From NCBI GenBank assembly GCA_033764315.1, contig JANRJA010000130.1, positions 1-55,551 on the forward strand: DNA of 55,551 nt. The letters run 5' to 3'. The position numbers and the translations under genes were made by a program. Position 1 is the stretch's first letter. The number at the start of each line of letters is the position of its first letter. Positions 1-9,813 of this stretch are shown here, piece by piece. The notes under the pieces were generated by a model that saw only the letters and a program-made list of their open reading frames with translations, did no database searches and was not told the origin of the DNA. The stretch is from Oculatellaceae cyanobacterium bins.114. GTDB lineage: Bacteria; Cyanobacteriota; Cyanobacteriia; Elainellales; Elainellaceae.

Positions 1-2
1 GA

Positions 3-117
3 ACGATTGTCGTGAATCTGTTTCGGGGACACGGGTATAGCTCAATTACTCAAGCCATTCGTCGGGTTGCCCATGATATCCCTCGCCTTTTTTCCTTTTT
101 TCAGTAGATCAGCCCTG
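3..117 (+). mobile_element. 3' end of an ISAs1-family transposase (partial, cut by the window edge) plus right terminal repeat
   Basis: Frame 3 reads TIVVNLFRGHGYSSITQAIRRVAHDIPRLFSFFQ* (stop 105-107), which resembles cyanobacterial ISAs1 transposase C-termini. It is followed by ATCAGCCCTG (108-117), the reverse complement of a CAGGG-type ISAs1 end. Not in the ORF track. Confidence 0.65.
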
Positions 118-255
118 CCCCCAATAGGGGCTTAGGGGAGCCTGTTTTTCACATACTTGCAACAACCCTGCACCTAGTCTGGAAGCAAACAGAGATCTGT
201 GTACAGGGTAGCCATATCACTCACATTTAGGTCGCTTTAAATAACGCTTGCACGT

Positions 256-975
256 TTACACAAATTTCACTTTATAGAGTTGAAACAATTCTCCTGGCAA
301 TGTTTTGACAACTTTGGCATGGGCAGATTGCACCATCGCCTGCCACTCTGACAGGGGTTCTAAAAACACCTCTGACCCCAGGTACGTTTCTAAGATTGCC
401 CAGTTTTCAGCATCTGGCGCATCCGGATTCAACACGTCAAACACAAACACCCCATCTGGCTTTAAAACTCGTTTCGCTTCTGCCAAGACCAGTTGCCAAT
501 AACTCAAGGGGTAGTAGCAACTAAAGCCCGTTGCAATCACCTGATCAAATTGATTGGCTTCATATTTCAGATCATGGGCTGCGCCCAGTTGCACACCCTT
601 AAATAACTTTGAGTTCAATTGAGGACCCCGTGAATTCAGCGTGTCTCGTGCCATCACGCTAATATCCTGTCCATAAAATACGGCTTCCCAGTCACGCCAA
701 GGATAGATTAAAAAGCTGACACCACAGCCTACATCTAAACAGCGTTGCTGTTTTAATGGCTTTGAGATCTCCCAAAACGGTGAAGCAATGCGGGGAGCAA
801 GCGCACCTGATTTCCACTCTCGATAAATCGGCATATCTTCGACTTCAGCAGGTAAATCAAATACTTCTCGCCGATAGTCACGATTAAACCGCAGTGTAAC
901 GATGTTAATTCGAGTTTGCCAATCTTCAGAGCGATCGCCCAAAAAACCAGACAGATTTGCTTGTCGTCCAACCAT
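256..975 (-). CDS. Class I SAM-dependent methyltransferase
   Basis: SAM motif I LDVGCG, FDQVIA, and RVLKPDG post-motif. Confidence 0.85.
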   Translation of the reverse strand: MVGRQANLSGFLGDRSEDWQTRINIVTLRFNRDYRREVFDLPAEVEDMPIYREWKSGALAPRIASPFWEISKPLKQQRCLDVGCGVSFLIYPWRDWEAVFYGQDISVMARDTLNSRGPQLNSKLFKGVQLGAAHDLKYEANQFDQVIATGFSCYYPLSYWQLVLAEAKRVLKPDGVFVFDVLNPDAPDAENWAILETYLGSEVFLEPLSEWQAMVQSAHAKVVKTLPGELFQLYKVKFV

Positions 976-1001
976 TGCGATCGCTCCTCAACCCGTGTTT
1001 C

Positions 1002-1184
1002 TTAACCTTTTAATGCCCGATTAAAATTTTGTCGATACGATTTATTAGCAATCAACAAAACTGGCCACATCAGAGCCAAATACAGTTTTCCCTGACTAAA
1101 GTTGGTGCGATGGAAGCCTGTCCAAAATTTCCAAATTCCACCCACATAGGCTCCTAAAAGAATTAAACCTAATAAAGTTCCCAC
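1002..1184 (-). CDS. Small membrane protein (hypothetical)
   Basis: 60 aa with two hydrophobic segments; AGGAG RBS before the GTG start; 26 nt upstream of the methyltransferase. Confidence 0.7.
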   Translation of the reverse strand: MGTLLGLILLGAYVGGIWKFWTGFHRTNFSQGKLYLALMWPVLLIANKSYRQNFNRALKG

Positions 1185-1563
1185 GATAGTTTCTCCTAAT
1201 TCGCTTTGCAGCGCATCAACGTTCTTGCATTTTACTCAAGTGTAGGATAGCCAACGGAAATCTTGCCAAACCTCAAAGTATGTTTAATAACCTGTTCCAA
1301 TTCAACCGGGATGTCGTTACGATCCTTAAAAGGGGTGGGATTAAGCTTAAAGGGAAGGATGAGTTTGGCAACGACGTTTCTAGACACGAACCGAATAATT
1401 AGCTTTTAAGGCCAAAAGCAGACTATTAATTTAATTTTTCAACCCAGACCGGAAGGAATATCTAAGTGTACTCTTACCGTCCATTGAAGTAATCGTTAAC
1501 CACCACCTAACCACAACCAATGCCATTAATTTTAATAAAGATGGCTAATCGCAAGGAGAATGT

Positions 1564-4131
1564 ATGCGTGCAGTGCTGATGGCTGGAGGCTCAGGCACAC
1601 GGCTTAGACCACTGACCTGTGACCTGCCAAAACCAATGGTGCCCATCCTCAATCGCCCCATTGCTGAGCACATTATCAATTTGCTCAAACGGCACCATAT
1701 TACTGAAATCATTGCCACCCTGCATTACCTGCCGGATGTCATGCGGGACTATTTTCAAGATGGCAATAATTTTGGAGTGCAAATCACGTATGCCGTTGAA
1801 GAAGATCAGCCGCTAGGAACCGCTGGGTGTGTCAAAAATGTTGCAGAGTTGTTAGATGAAACGTTTTTAGTCATCAGTGGTGATAGCATCACTGATTTTG
1901 ACTTAACCGCTGCGATCCAGTTTCACAAGCAACGGCAGGCAAAAGCGACGTTAATTTTGACGCATGTCCCTAATCCACTAGAGTTTGGGGTCGTGATCAC
2001 TGACGAACACTATCGCATTCGTCGCTTCTTAGAAAAACCATCAAGTAGTGAAATTTTTTCAGACACGGTCAATACAGGCACTTATATTTTGGAACCAGAG
2101 GTACTCGATTACCTGCCCTTTGATCAAGAGTCTGATTTTTCTAAAGATTTATTTCCACTGTTGCTTGAAAAAAATGAACCGATGTACGGCTACATCGCTG
2201 AAGGCTATTGGTGCGATGTAGGGCATTTAGATGCTTACCGAGAAGCCCATTATGCAGCGTTGCATCGTCGGGTCAATTTGAATGTGCAGTACGAAGAGCG
2301 ATCGCCCAGTTTATGGATCGGTCAAAACACCTACATCGACCCCACAGCTCGCATTGAGACCCCTGTGATCATTGGCAATAACTGTCGAGTCGGTGCCAGG
2401 GTACAAATCGAGTCTGGGACAGTCATTGGCGACAACGTCACGATTGGAGCCGATGCAGACCTAAAACGCCCGATTGTGTGGAATGGCGTCATTATTGGGG
2501 AAGAGGTGCACCTGCGGGCCTGTGTTGCAGCTCGTGGCACTCGTGTCGATCGCCGTGCTCATGTCTTAGAAGGAGCGATTGTCGGTTCTCTCTCGGTCAT
2601 TGGCGAAGAAGCCCTGATCAACCCTGATGTGCGCATCTGGCCTAGCAAAAAGATCGAGCCAGGTGCCATTCTCAATATGAACTTGATCTGGGGCCACGCC
2701 GCTCATCGCAATCTGTTTGGACAACGGGGCGTTTCTGGTCTAGCCAATGTCGATATCACCCCAGAATTTGCCGTACGCTTAGGGGCTGCCTTTGGTTCAA
2801 CCCTAAAACCGGGCTCTCATGTCACCGTCTCTCGCGATCAACGCAGCATCTCTCGCATGGTGTCGCGATCGCTCATTGCGGGGTTGATGTCAGTCGGCAT
2901 CCACATTCATAATCTCGAAGCCGCCTCAATTCCGGTTGCTCGTGCCGTTGTTCCAACCCTGCCAGTAATGGGGGGTATTCATGTCCGTATTCATCCGGAG
3001 CGATCGGATCACATTTTGATTGAGTTTTTTGACCACAAAGGCATCAATCTTTCTAAAGCACGGGAAAAGAAAATTGAAGGGGCTTACTTCAAAGAAGATT
3101 TTCGGCGAGCCCAAATTCAAGAGATTGGTAATGTCACCTACGTCACTCAGGCGACTGATATCTACAGTGCGATGTTTGAACGCCATCTCAGAGTCGATGC
3201 CGTTCGCAATACCAAATCAAAGGTTGTAATTGACTATGCCTACGCAGTTTCTGGAGCTGTTTTGCCGCTGCTGTTAGCAAAATTTGGCTGTGATGCGGTC
3301 GTTCTCAATGCTAGTTTGAGTCAAACGATTCCCTCTCTCAGCGATCGCGAAGTATTGTTAAACCAACTGGGGCATGTGGTCGAGGCACTCAAGGCAAGCT
3401 TTGGCGTGCAGGTTTCTGCTAATGGAGAGCAGTTAATCCTAGTAGACGAATCAGGGAGTGCTATTCGCGGCGAGATGTTGACCGCCTTGATGACCCACTT
3501 AATTCTGACGGAACACCCTAGAGGCAGCATTGTTGTTCCTGTTAACACCTCCAATGCGATCGAGCAGATTGCTCACCGCCATGATGGTCGCGTCATTCGC
3601 ACTAAAGCCAATCCCACAGCGTTAATGGAAGCCTGCCATACCAATCGCGACGTTGTTTTGGGAGGCAGTGGTGATATGGGCTTTATTTTTCCCCAATTAC
3701 ATCCTGGGTTTGATGCCATGTTCTGCATTGCTAAATTGATAGAAATGTTAACAGTGCAAAGCTACAACGCCATTGGTAGTAACCGCCGCACCTTAGGCCA
3801 AATTCGAGCTGAGTTACCGCGAGTGTGCCACAAAACCCTATCCGTGCGTTGCCCCTGGACTGTTAAAGGAGCATTGATGCGACGACTGGTTGAAACCCAC
3901 TCTTCTGAACATTTAGAACTGATTGATGGAGTGAAGATTTTAAATCCACGTCATGATAGCTGGCTTCTGGTGTTACCTGATGCAAGCGAACCGATGGTGC
4001 ACTTATTTGCCGATAGCAACGATCGCGGTTGGGTCGATGAGACGCTGCGTGAGTACCGAACCTATGTGCAAGAATTTGTCGATCAGGAACAGGACGTTGA
4101 GAAAGGCGATATTGATCTGGTTAACGCTTAA
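1564..4131 (+). CDS. Mannose-1-phosphate guanylyltransferase-like protein (NTP transferase + left-handed beta-helix + phosphohexomutase-like domains)
   Basis: [16 protein letters not shown] nucleotidyltransferase motif, hexapeptide repeats, LFGQRGVSG start of a PGM/PMM fold; AAGGAG RBS. Confidence 0.9.
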   Translation: MRAVLMAGGSGTRLRPLTCDLPKPMVPILNRPIAEHIINLLKRHHITEIIATLHYLPDVMRDYFQDGNNFGVQITYAVEEDQPLGTAGCVKNVAELLDETFLVISGDSITDFDLTAAIQFHKQRQAKATLILTHVPNPLEFGVVITDEHYRIRRFLEKPSSSEIFSDTVNTGTYILEPEVLDYLPFDQESDFSKDLFPLLLEKNEPMYGYIAEGYWCDVGHLDAYREAHYAALHRRVNLNVQYEERSPSLWIGQNTYIDPTARIETPVIIGNNCRVGARVQIESGTVIGDNVTIGADADLKRPIVWNGVIIGEEVHLRACVAARGTRVDRRAHVLEGAIVGSLSVIGEEALINPDVRIWPSKKIEPGAILNMNLIWGHAAHRNLFGQRGVSGLANVDITPEFAVRLGAAFGSTLKPGSHVTVSRDQRSISRMVSRSLIAGLMSVGIHIHNLEAASIPVARAVVPTLPVMGGIHVRIHPERSDHILIEFFDHKGINLSKAREKKIEGAYFKEDFRRAQIQEIGNVTYVTQATDIYSAMFERHLRVDAVRNTKSKVVIDYAYAVSGAVLPLLLAKFGCDAVVLNASLSQTIPSLSDREVLLNQLGHVVEALKASFGVQVSANGEQLILVDESGSAIRGEMLTALMTHLILTEHPRGSIVVPVNTSNAIEQIAHRHDGRVIRTKANPTALMEACHTNRDVVLGGSGDMGFIFPQLHPGFDAMFCIAKLIEMLTVQSYNAIGSNRRTLGQIRAELPRVCHKTLSVRCPWTVKGALMRRLVETHSSEHLELIDGVKILNPRHDSWLLVLPDASEPMVHLFADSNDRGWVDETLREYRTYVQEFVDQEQDVEKGDIDLVNA

Positions 4132-4239
4132 GCACTACTTCGTTGAGGTCTTTCCAGTTCTAGCTTTCATTTGCTAAAATAGTACTCCGGTACTACCACT
4201 CTCAGTGATTCAGTGATTTGATTCAATGCATCAAACTCC

Positions 4240-4282
4240 AGCATGGATTGTTGTATAGTCCAACCGCACAACAATCCATGCT
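4240..4282. repeat. Perfect 15-bp inverted repeat (terminator or structured leader)
   Basis: AGCATGGATTGTTGT (4240-4254) / ACAACAATCCATGCT (4268-4282), 13-nt loop. Confidence 0.75.
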
Positions 4283-4350
4283 TCAAAAACCGATCCATGC
4301 AAGCGGTCTGTTAAGTGTATATTGGGTGGAATATTAAGAGGTGCTGAGTT

Positions 4351-4848
4351 ATGAACAGCTTTATTTTAATGGCAGAGATTATTCAGGAACCGCAATTGCG
4401 TTATACATCTGATAATCAAACGCCAATCGCTGAAATGATGGTGCAATTTGAGGGTCTACGCGAAGACTCACCACCTGAAACCCTGCGCGTTGTTGGCTGG
4501 GGTAACTTGGCACAGGAAATCCAAGAGAAGTATCACGAAGGCGATCGCCTCGTGATAGAAGGGCGGCTTAACATCAACACCATCGATCGCCCCGAAGGTT
4601 TTAAAGAAAAACGAGCTGAACTTACCGCTCAACGGATTCATAAAATTGCCGCCGATGCAACCCTCAGCACAACATCTGTCAAACCTGTCTCAAGCAACAC
4701 CGACAGTGCGGCTAAAGCCCGCAGTGCAGCCCCTAAAACTAGCAAGCCAGCAACGTCTAAATCAACTGTCGCAGAATCCTCTTCTGCAAAAGCAGCGACC
4801 TATTCTGCTTCTAGCAGTGAGGCAGAATATGACGATATTCCATTCTAA
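4351..4848 (+). CDS. ssb: Single-stranded DNA-binding protein
   Basis: OB-fold (PQLRYT, VVGWG, EGRL), low-complexity linker, acidic C-terminal tip DDIPF. Confidence 0.9.
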   Translation: MNSFILMAEIIQEPQLRYTSDNQTPIAEMMVQFEGLREDSPPETLRVVGWGNLAQEIQEKYHEGDRLVIEGRLNINTIDRPEGFKEKRAELTAQRIHKIAADATLSTTSVKPVSSNTDSAAKARSAAPKTSKPATSKSTVAESSSAKAATYSASSSEAEYDDIPF

Positions 4849-4850
4849 AA

Positions 4851-5522
4851 ATGGGGATCTATACCTACGCCTTCTTGCGCCATTCTCCTGAACCCCTAGA
4901 CTTGCCCACGGGTATTTCTGGTTCATTACATTTGATTACGGTCAACCAGATCTGTGCCCTAGTTGAACCAGAGTTAGAGTTTGAAGCACTGCAACAAAAC
5001 GATAGTCAACTCTTGCAAGCTGTCATTGCTCACGATCGCGTGTTGCAAGAAGTCTTTCAACAGGTTGATATACTGCCTCTGCGGTTTGGCACTCAATTTG
5101 TTTCAGAAAAAGGGTTGCTACAGCATCTGACATCTAATTATTTAACCTACTTAGACAAGTTCGCCCAATTAAAAGGGCAGGCAGAATATGTCCTGAAATT
5201 TATCCCTACAGATAAAGATGAGCCAGATATTTCTCCTGAAATCAAAGGAAAAGATTACTTTCTGGCAAAAAAACAACGTTATCAATCACAGTTAGAGCAA
5301 CAAAACCAGCGACAAAAAGAGCTAGACGACGTTAAAGCCGCGATCGCCCAGTTCTACATCGACACTCTCTATGAATCTAAAGATGGAGTTGAGCGCATCT
5401 ACTTGCTTGCCGATCGCACTCACGAAGCCGCATTGCAAGGTCAAATTCAACAGTGGCAGGCTCTCTGCACTCATTGGAGCATTAGCTTAGGCAATGCTCT
5501 GCCACCTTATCACTTTGTCTAG
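4851..5522 (+). CDS. GvpL/GvpF-family gas vesicle protein (GvpW-like)
   Basis: YTYAF N-terminus, AVIAHDRVL, LPLRFGT, GKDYF and C-terminal LPPYHFV motifs. Confidence 0.85.
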   Translation: MGIYTYAFLRHSPEPLDLPTGISGSLHLITVNQICALVEPELEFEALQQNDSQLLQAVIAHDRVLQEVFQQVDILPLRFGTQFVSEKGLLQHLTSNYLTYLDKFAQLKGQAEYVLKFIPTDKDEPDISPEIKGKDYFLAKKQRYQSQLEQQNQRQKELDDVKAAIAQFYIDTLYESKDGVERIYLLADRTHEAALQGQIQQWQALCTHWSISLGNALPPYHFV

Positions 5523-5528
5523 ACTCAG

Positions 5529-5570
5529 TACTCCTTGTAAAGCGTCACGCAAAACTCTGTACAAGGAGTA
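5529..5570. terminator. Hairpin between convergent genes (likely bidirectional terminator)
   Basis: TACTCCTTGTA (5529-5539) / TACAAGGAGTA (5560-5570). Confidence 0.6.
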
Positions 5571-5583
5571 ATCCCACTCGCAT

Positions 5584-7473
5584 CTAGAACAAACACTGAG
5601 CTGCCGCATTAATTTGCTCTTGAGGGGCGATCGCCACAGGCAAGGCAGGTAACCTGACAATCACCTGATCAGGAAAGAGATCGCTGGCAATATCCTGTCC
5701 CTCAAAGCGGTTGAGCACCACATAACGTTGGCTCATTCCCATCTTAGAGAGGGTTTCGGTCAACCGGGTTGCTTCAGCTAAAATGGCTGACTGAGCTTGC
5801 ATCACCCCAATAAACTCAGTATGTTGAGCATCTTTCAACTTCTTTTGTGCCTGCATCACTCGTTGTCTTAAGGTCCGCAGCCGTCCCATAAATTCGGTGC
5901 GTCCCACCACATCTTGATATTTAATCCACAACTTAAAAATCCAGGCCAGCCAATCCCCCAATGCCGTTGGCATCTCTAAAAAGCGCAATAAGTGACCTGT
6001 GGGAGCTGTATCTAACACAATTAAGTCTTGCTCATTTTTCTCCAGCAATTCCATAATGGTCAACAGCGACAACATCTCGTCAATCCCAGGCAATGACTGA
6101 GAGACAATCTGCCGCCATGCTTCTGGGCCATAAGCAATGCTGAGACTGGTGTCTTCTTGATTGTCACCGCTCATCATCTCCGCCAGTTCCCACAAATACT
6201 CCTCTCGAAACTGGTTTAGCACTTGCTCAGCATTAATTTCTTGAGCACTGAGATTGGGTAACAACCATTGAGGCTCATGCCCCAACAGGTGGCCCAAGGC
6301 ATCTCCTAACGAATGAGCTGGGTCAATCGAGATCACTCGAATGTTGCGATCGCGATGCTGATTTGCCATACCCCAAGCGATCGCAGCTGCCACAGTTGTT
6401 TTACCCACTCCTCCCTTACCACCGACGAGCACCAACCGCCGCCCTTGTGCAATAAAGTCATCAAATACCGGAGGAATTTTTGCCGGAAATTCAACCGTAA
6501 TGTTCAACGTTGGATGGTTCAACGTCTCACCAGACACTACACTCATCTGTTGCAATAAACAATCTAGGGCGATCGCTCCCACGGGTTCTTCAACTTGCTG
6601 CGGTACCCCAAACACAGGATGAGCCATAGCAATATCTAGAAACTGTTTTAGCAATTTCTGCTGTTGAGCATACCGACTCCACAAAGTATCAGACTGATCT
6701 GCATCCGCTGACAGCAAATGATTCACCCACACTCCCCCCAACGGAATCTGAAGCGTCTGCAATGCATCTAGAAAGCGGGTCGTTTCTAAAAGACTCAACG
6801 GCTCTGCGATCGCCACCACAAAACAAGCAGTTTGCTGAGCATCTTGCAACAGCGATCGCCCTGAGGTTAGATCCGCTTTCATCTCAGTCAGAAATCGATC
6901 CGCTTCATCCTCAATGTATCGCCCCGTAAAAGTCTGACTAATCACCCGATGTTTTTCTTGAAACAAATCCAACGCACCCAAAAAGTTATCTAAGAAATCC
7001 ATCAGCTTAAATAAATTTAAGGTGTGCCCGCTCGGAGCCATATCTACCACTACTCGATCAGCAACGCGATCGCGCAACAACCGCTGAATTTCTAAAACTG
7101 CCATTAACTCGTCTAAACCTGGAAAGCTCAAATCCCAAACGGGGCTAAGATCCTCTCCCTGCACAAAACTACCCCGCTCGACTAAAAGCTCCAACACCTT
7201 GCCATACTGAGTTTTAAACTCATTCAATAAGGTTTGAGCATTTAACGCTTGCACTTGCAAGTTGGGTAAGTCAGCTAGGGAATGGGCCGTACCATCCACC
7301 GCAATCTGCAAAACGTCTCCCAGAGAATGAGCGGGATCTGTAGAGATTAGAAGAATACGTTCATTTACAAATTGTTGCGCCCAGAAGCGCGCAAACCCAC
7401 AAGAGAGAGTAGTTTTACCTACTCCACCCTTACCGCTAAACATGGCCAAATGAAGATGATTAAATGGATGCAT
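5584..7473 (-). CDS. Tandem-domain ArsA/GET3 (TRC40)-family ATPase
   Basis: Two GKGGVGKTT deviant Walker A motifs, two DPAHSL, DMAPSGH and DTAPTGH switch II motifs. Confidence 0.9.
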   Translation of the reverse strand: MHPFNHLHLAMFSGKGGVGKTTLSCGFARFWAQQFVNERILLISTDPAHSLGDVLQIAVDGTAHSLADLPNLQVQALNAQTLLNEFKTQYGKVLELLVERGSFVQGEDLSPVWDLSFPGLDELMAVLEIQRLLRDRVADRVVVDMAPSGHTLNLFKLMDFLDNFLGALDLFQEKHRVISQTFTGRYIEDEADRFLTEMKADLTSGRSLLQDAQQTACFVVAIAEPLSLLETTRFLDALQTLQIPLGGVWVNHLLSADADQSDTLWSRYAQQQKLLKQFLDIAMAHPVFGVPQQVEEPVGAIALDCLLQQMSVVSGETLNHPTLNITVEFPAKIPPVFDDFIAQGRRLVLVGGKGGVGKTTVAAAIAWGMANQHRDRNIRVISIDPAHSLGDALGHLLGHEPQWLLPNLSAQEINAEQVLNQFREEYLWELAEMMSGDNQEDTSLSIAYGPEAWRQIVSQSLPGIDEMLSLLTIMELLEKNEQDLIVLDTAPTGHLLRFLEMPTALGDWLAWIFKLWIKYQDVVGRTEFMGRLRTLRQRVMQAQKKLKDAQHTEFIGVMQAQSAILAEATRLTETLSKMGMSQRYVVLNRFEGQDIASDLFPDQVIVRLPALPVAIAPQEQINAAAQCLF

Positions 7474-7491
7474 TAGTCTGAACCAGACGAT

Positions 7492-7500
7492 GGGAATACT
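7492..7500 (+). promoter_or_regulatory. Candidate SigJ-type extended -10 element (J-box)
   Basis: Exact GGGAATACT 150 nt upstream of the AAA ATPase start; matches the consensus known for the Nostoc punctiforme hormogonium sigma factor SigJ. Confidence 0.5.
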
Positions 7501-7650
7501 GATTTTGATCTATCTCTCTTCTGACAGGATTCTGTGGCAATCGCTCCCTATTCTCCGGTTGACAATTCCCAAAGATTGAAGAGTCATACATACACAGACT
7601 ACCCATTTCAAAGAGATAGATACACTTAAACCACAGCGCAGCACATACCA

Positions 7651-9486
7651 ATGAGTGACCTATTTAAAGGATTTGAACAACTCTTAGAACTTGCCAAAGC
7701 GTTGGAAGAGAAAGCGGAAAAAGGAGAACTCAAAGCCGACATTCAAATCAACTCCCGCCCTCTTAGTAGTATTCCCCGTCAAGGCAATATTCCCGGAGGA
7801 ATCGGCACAAGTCGTATTCGTCCCAATTCACCATCCGAAAACGCAAACTCACCCTCTGATGCCGACATCCTGGTTACACCTCCTCCAAAAGCCACCCCGA
7901 CTCCATCCTTAGAAGAAGTAGGAGGACTATCAGAGGTGCTGCGAGAACTCCGAGAACTAGTAGAGATTCCCCTCAAACGCCCTGACCTACTCACCAAAAT
8001 GGGATTAGAACCAACTCGTGGGGTTCTGATGGTGGGTCCTCCAGGAACCGGGAAAACCCTTACAGCTCGCACTTTAGCAGAGGCATTAGGGGTAAATTAC
8101 ATTGCGATCGTCGGTCCCGAAGTCATGGGCAAATACTACGGGGAAGCTGAAGCTCGACTCCGAGGTGTGTTTGAGAAAGCGACAAAAGCTGCTCCCTGTT
8201 TGGTATTTATTGACGAAATTGATAGCCTTGCCCCCGATCGCTCCAAAGTAGAGGGTGAAGTCGAAAAACGGCTTGTGGCTCAACTTTTAGGGTTGATGGA
8301 TGGCTTCGCTCAAACCAAGGGAGTTGTCGTTCTGGCAGCAACTAACCGTCCTGATCACCTCGATCCAGCCCTGCGTCGTCCCGGTCGCTTCGATCGCGAA
8401 GTCCACTTTCGGGTGCCCGATCGCGACGGTCGCCTCGAAATTCTCCGGATTCAAACTCGCTCCATGCCATTAGATGCATCTGTGGCTCTGGAAGCGATCG
8501 CCGATTTATCCGTTGGTTTTGTCGGGGCTGACCTTAAAGCTCTGTGTCAAAAAGCTGCTTATACCGCATTGCGACGGCAACTCCCGTCTCTTGACCAACC
8601 CATCCCCGACACTATAACCGTAACTCAAACTGATTTTCTCCAAGCCGCTAAGGAAATTAAGCCCTCTGTCTTACGCTCCGTCGAGATCGAGTCACCTAAT
8701 GTCGTTTGGAATCAGATCGGTGGCTTGGAAACAGTCAAACAAACTTTGCAGGAGTCCGTTGAGGGTGCTCTGCTCTATCCTGAACTCTACCAACAGACTC
8801 AGGCAAAAGCCCCCCGTGGAATTCTGTTATGGGGTCCTCCCGGTACAGGCAAAACTCTACTGGCAAAAGCCGTTGCCTCCCAAGCACGTGCTAACTTCAT
8901 TGCCGTAAACGGTCCTGAGTTGCTCAGTAAGTGGGTGGGAGCTGCCGAGCAAGCCGTTCGAGAACTCTTTACCAAAGCTCGACAAGCTGCTCCCTGTGTG
9001 ATTTTTGTCGATGAGATCGATACCCTGGCTCCAGCTCGTGGACGATTTCAAGGCGATTCAGGCATAAGCGATCGCGTCGTGGGTCAACTGCTAACTGAAC
9101 TTGACGGCTTACATGAGTGTCTCAACGTGCTACTAATAGGAGCAACTAACCGCCCCGAAGCCCTTGATCCAGCCCTCTTAAGAGCCGGACGGCTAGATTT
9201 GCAAATCAAAGTTGACCTGCCCAACCTCAACAGCCGCCTCGCCATTCTGCAAGTTCATAACCAAGACCGCCCTCTAACCAACGTAAATTTGGAGAACTGG
9301 GCAACTCAAACCACCGATTGGAATGGGGCTGACCTGGCTCTCCTGAGCAATCAAGCTGCATTAGAAGCCATTCGTCGTTATCGAGCACAAGGTCAAACAG
9401 ACCCCACTACCATTCGCATCACTAATGCCGACTTTGCAGTTGCCTATCAACTCATATATGAACAAAAGATGATGCAATCTGAATAA
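7651..9486 (+). CDS. Cdc48/p97-like double AAA+ ATPase lacking the canonical N domain
   Basis: Two GPPGTGKT Walker A, IDEID/VDEID Walker B, ATNRP..LDPAL.R.GR second regions of homology, KYYGEAE and KWVGAAE pore loops. Confidence 0.9.
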   Translation: MSDLFKGFEQLLELAKALEEKAEKGELKADIQINSRPLSSIPRQGNIPGGIGTSRIRPNSPSENANSPSDADILVTPPPKATPTPSLEEVGGLSEVLRELRELVEIPLKRPDLLTKMGLEPTRGVLMVGPPGTGKTLTARTLAEALGVNYIAIVGPEVMGKYYGEAEARLRGVFEKATKAAPCLVFIDEIDSLAPDRSKVEGEVEKRLVAQLLGLMDGFAQTKGVVVLAATNRPDHLDPALRRPGRFDREVHFRVPDRDGRLEILRIQTRSMPLDASVALEAIADLSVGFVGADLKALCQKAAYTALRRQLPSLDQPIPDTITVTQTDFLQAAKEIKPSVLRSVEIESPNVVWNQIGGLETVKQTLQESVEGALLYPELYQQTQAKAPRGILLWGPPGTGKTLLAKAVASQARANFIAVNGPELLSKWVGAAEQAVRELFTKARQAAPCVIFVDEIDTLAPARGRFQGDSGISDRVVGQLLTELDGLHECLNVLLIGATNRPEALDPALLRAGRLDLQIKVDLPNLNSRLAILQVHNQDRPLTNVNLENWATQTTDWNGADLALLSNQAALEAIRRYRAQGQTDPTTIRITNADFAVAYQLIYEQKMMQSE

Positions 9487-9549
9487 TTTGCATACAGACA
9501 CGATTAATCACGTCCCTCCCTCCTACTCCCTATTCCCCTTTTAACTCCT

Positions 9550-9813
9550 ATGCTCTCTGAACAATCAAGCGATGTCGTTCGTCAACAAGCACTCACCGTA
9601 TTAACTGCCAGTTTTGTAGCTCAAGGACATCCTCCTGAATACGCCACTCATATGGCAACTGCTGCCATTTTTCAAACCGACTTAGAGTTGAGGAATGCCC
9701 AACTCTCTCGATTATTAAGTTGGTTAAAGCAAGAACATGACGAAATTTATCAAACAGCTCTAACACTGGTTGAATCAACTCGTGCAGAGTTTGAACGACG
9801 TGTAAAAGAATAA
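9550..9813 (+). CDS. Hypothetical helical protein in the gas-vesicle locus
   Basis: 87-aa ATG ORF with protein-like composition, 63 nt downstream of the AAA gene on the same strand. Confidence 0.7.
   Translation: MLSEQSSDVVRQQALTVLTASFVAQGHPPEYATHMATAAIFQTDLELRNAQLSRLLSWLKQEHDEIYQTALTLVESTRAEFERRVKE

Noticed and set aside
5584..7473. Arsenite-efflux ATPase (ars operon)
   Set aside because: No arsB/acr3, arsC, arsD or arsR nearby; the context is gas-vesicle genes, so only the family is called
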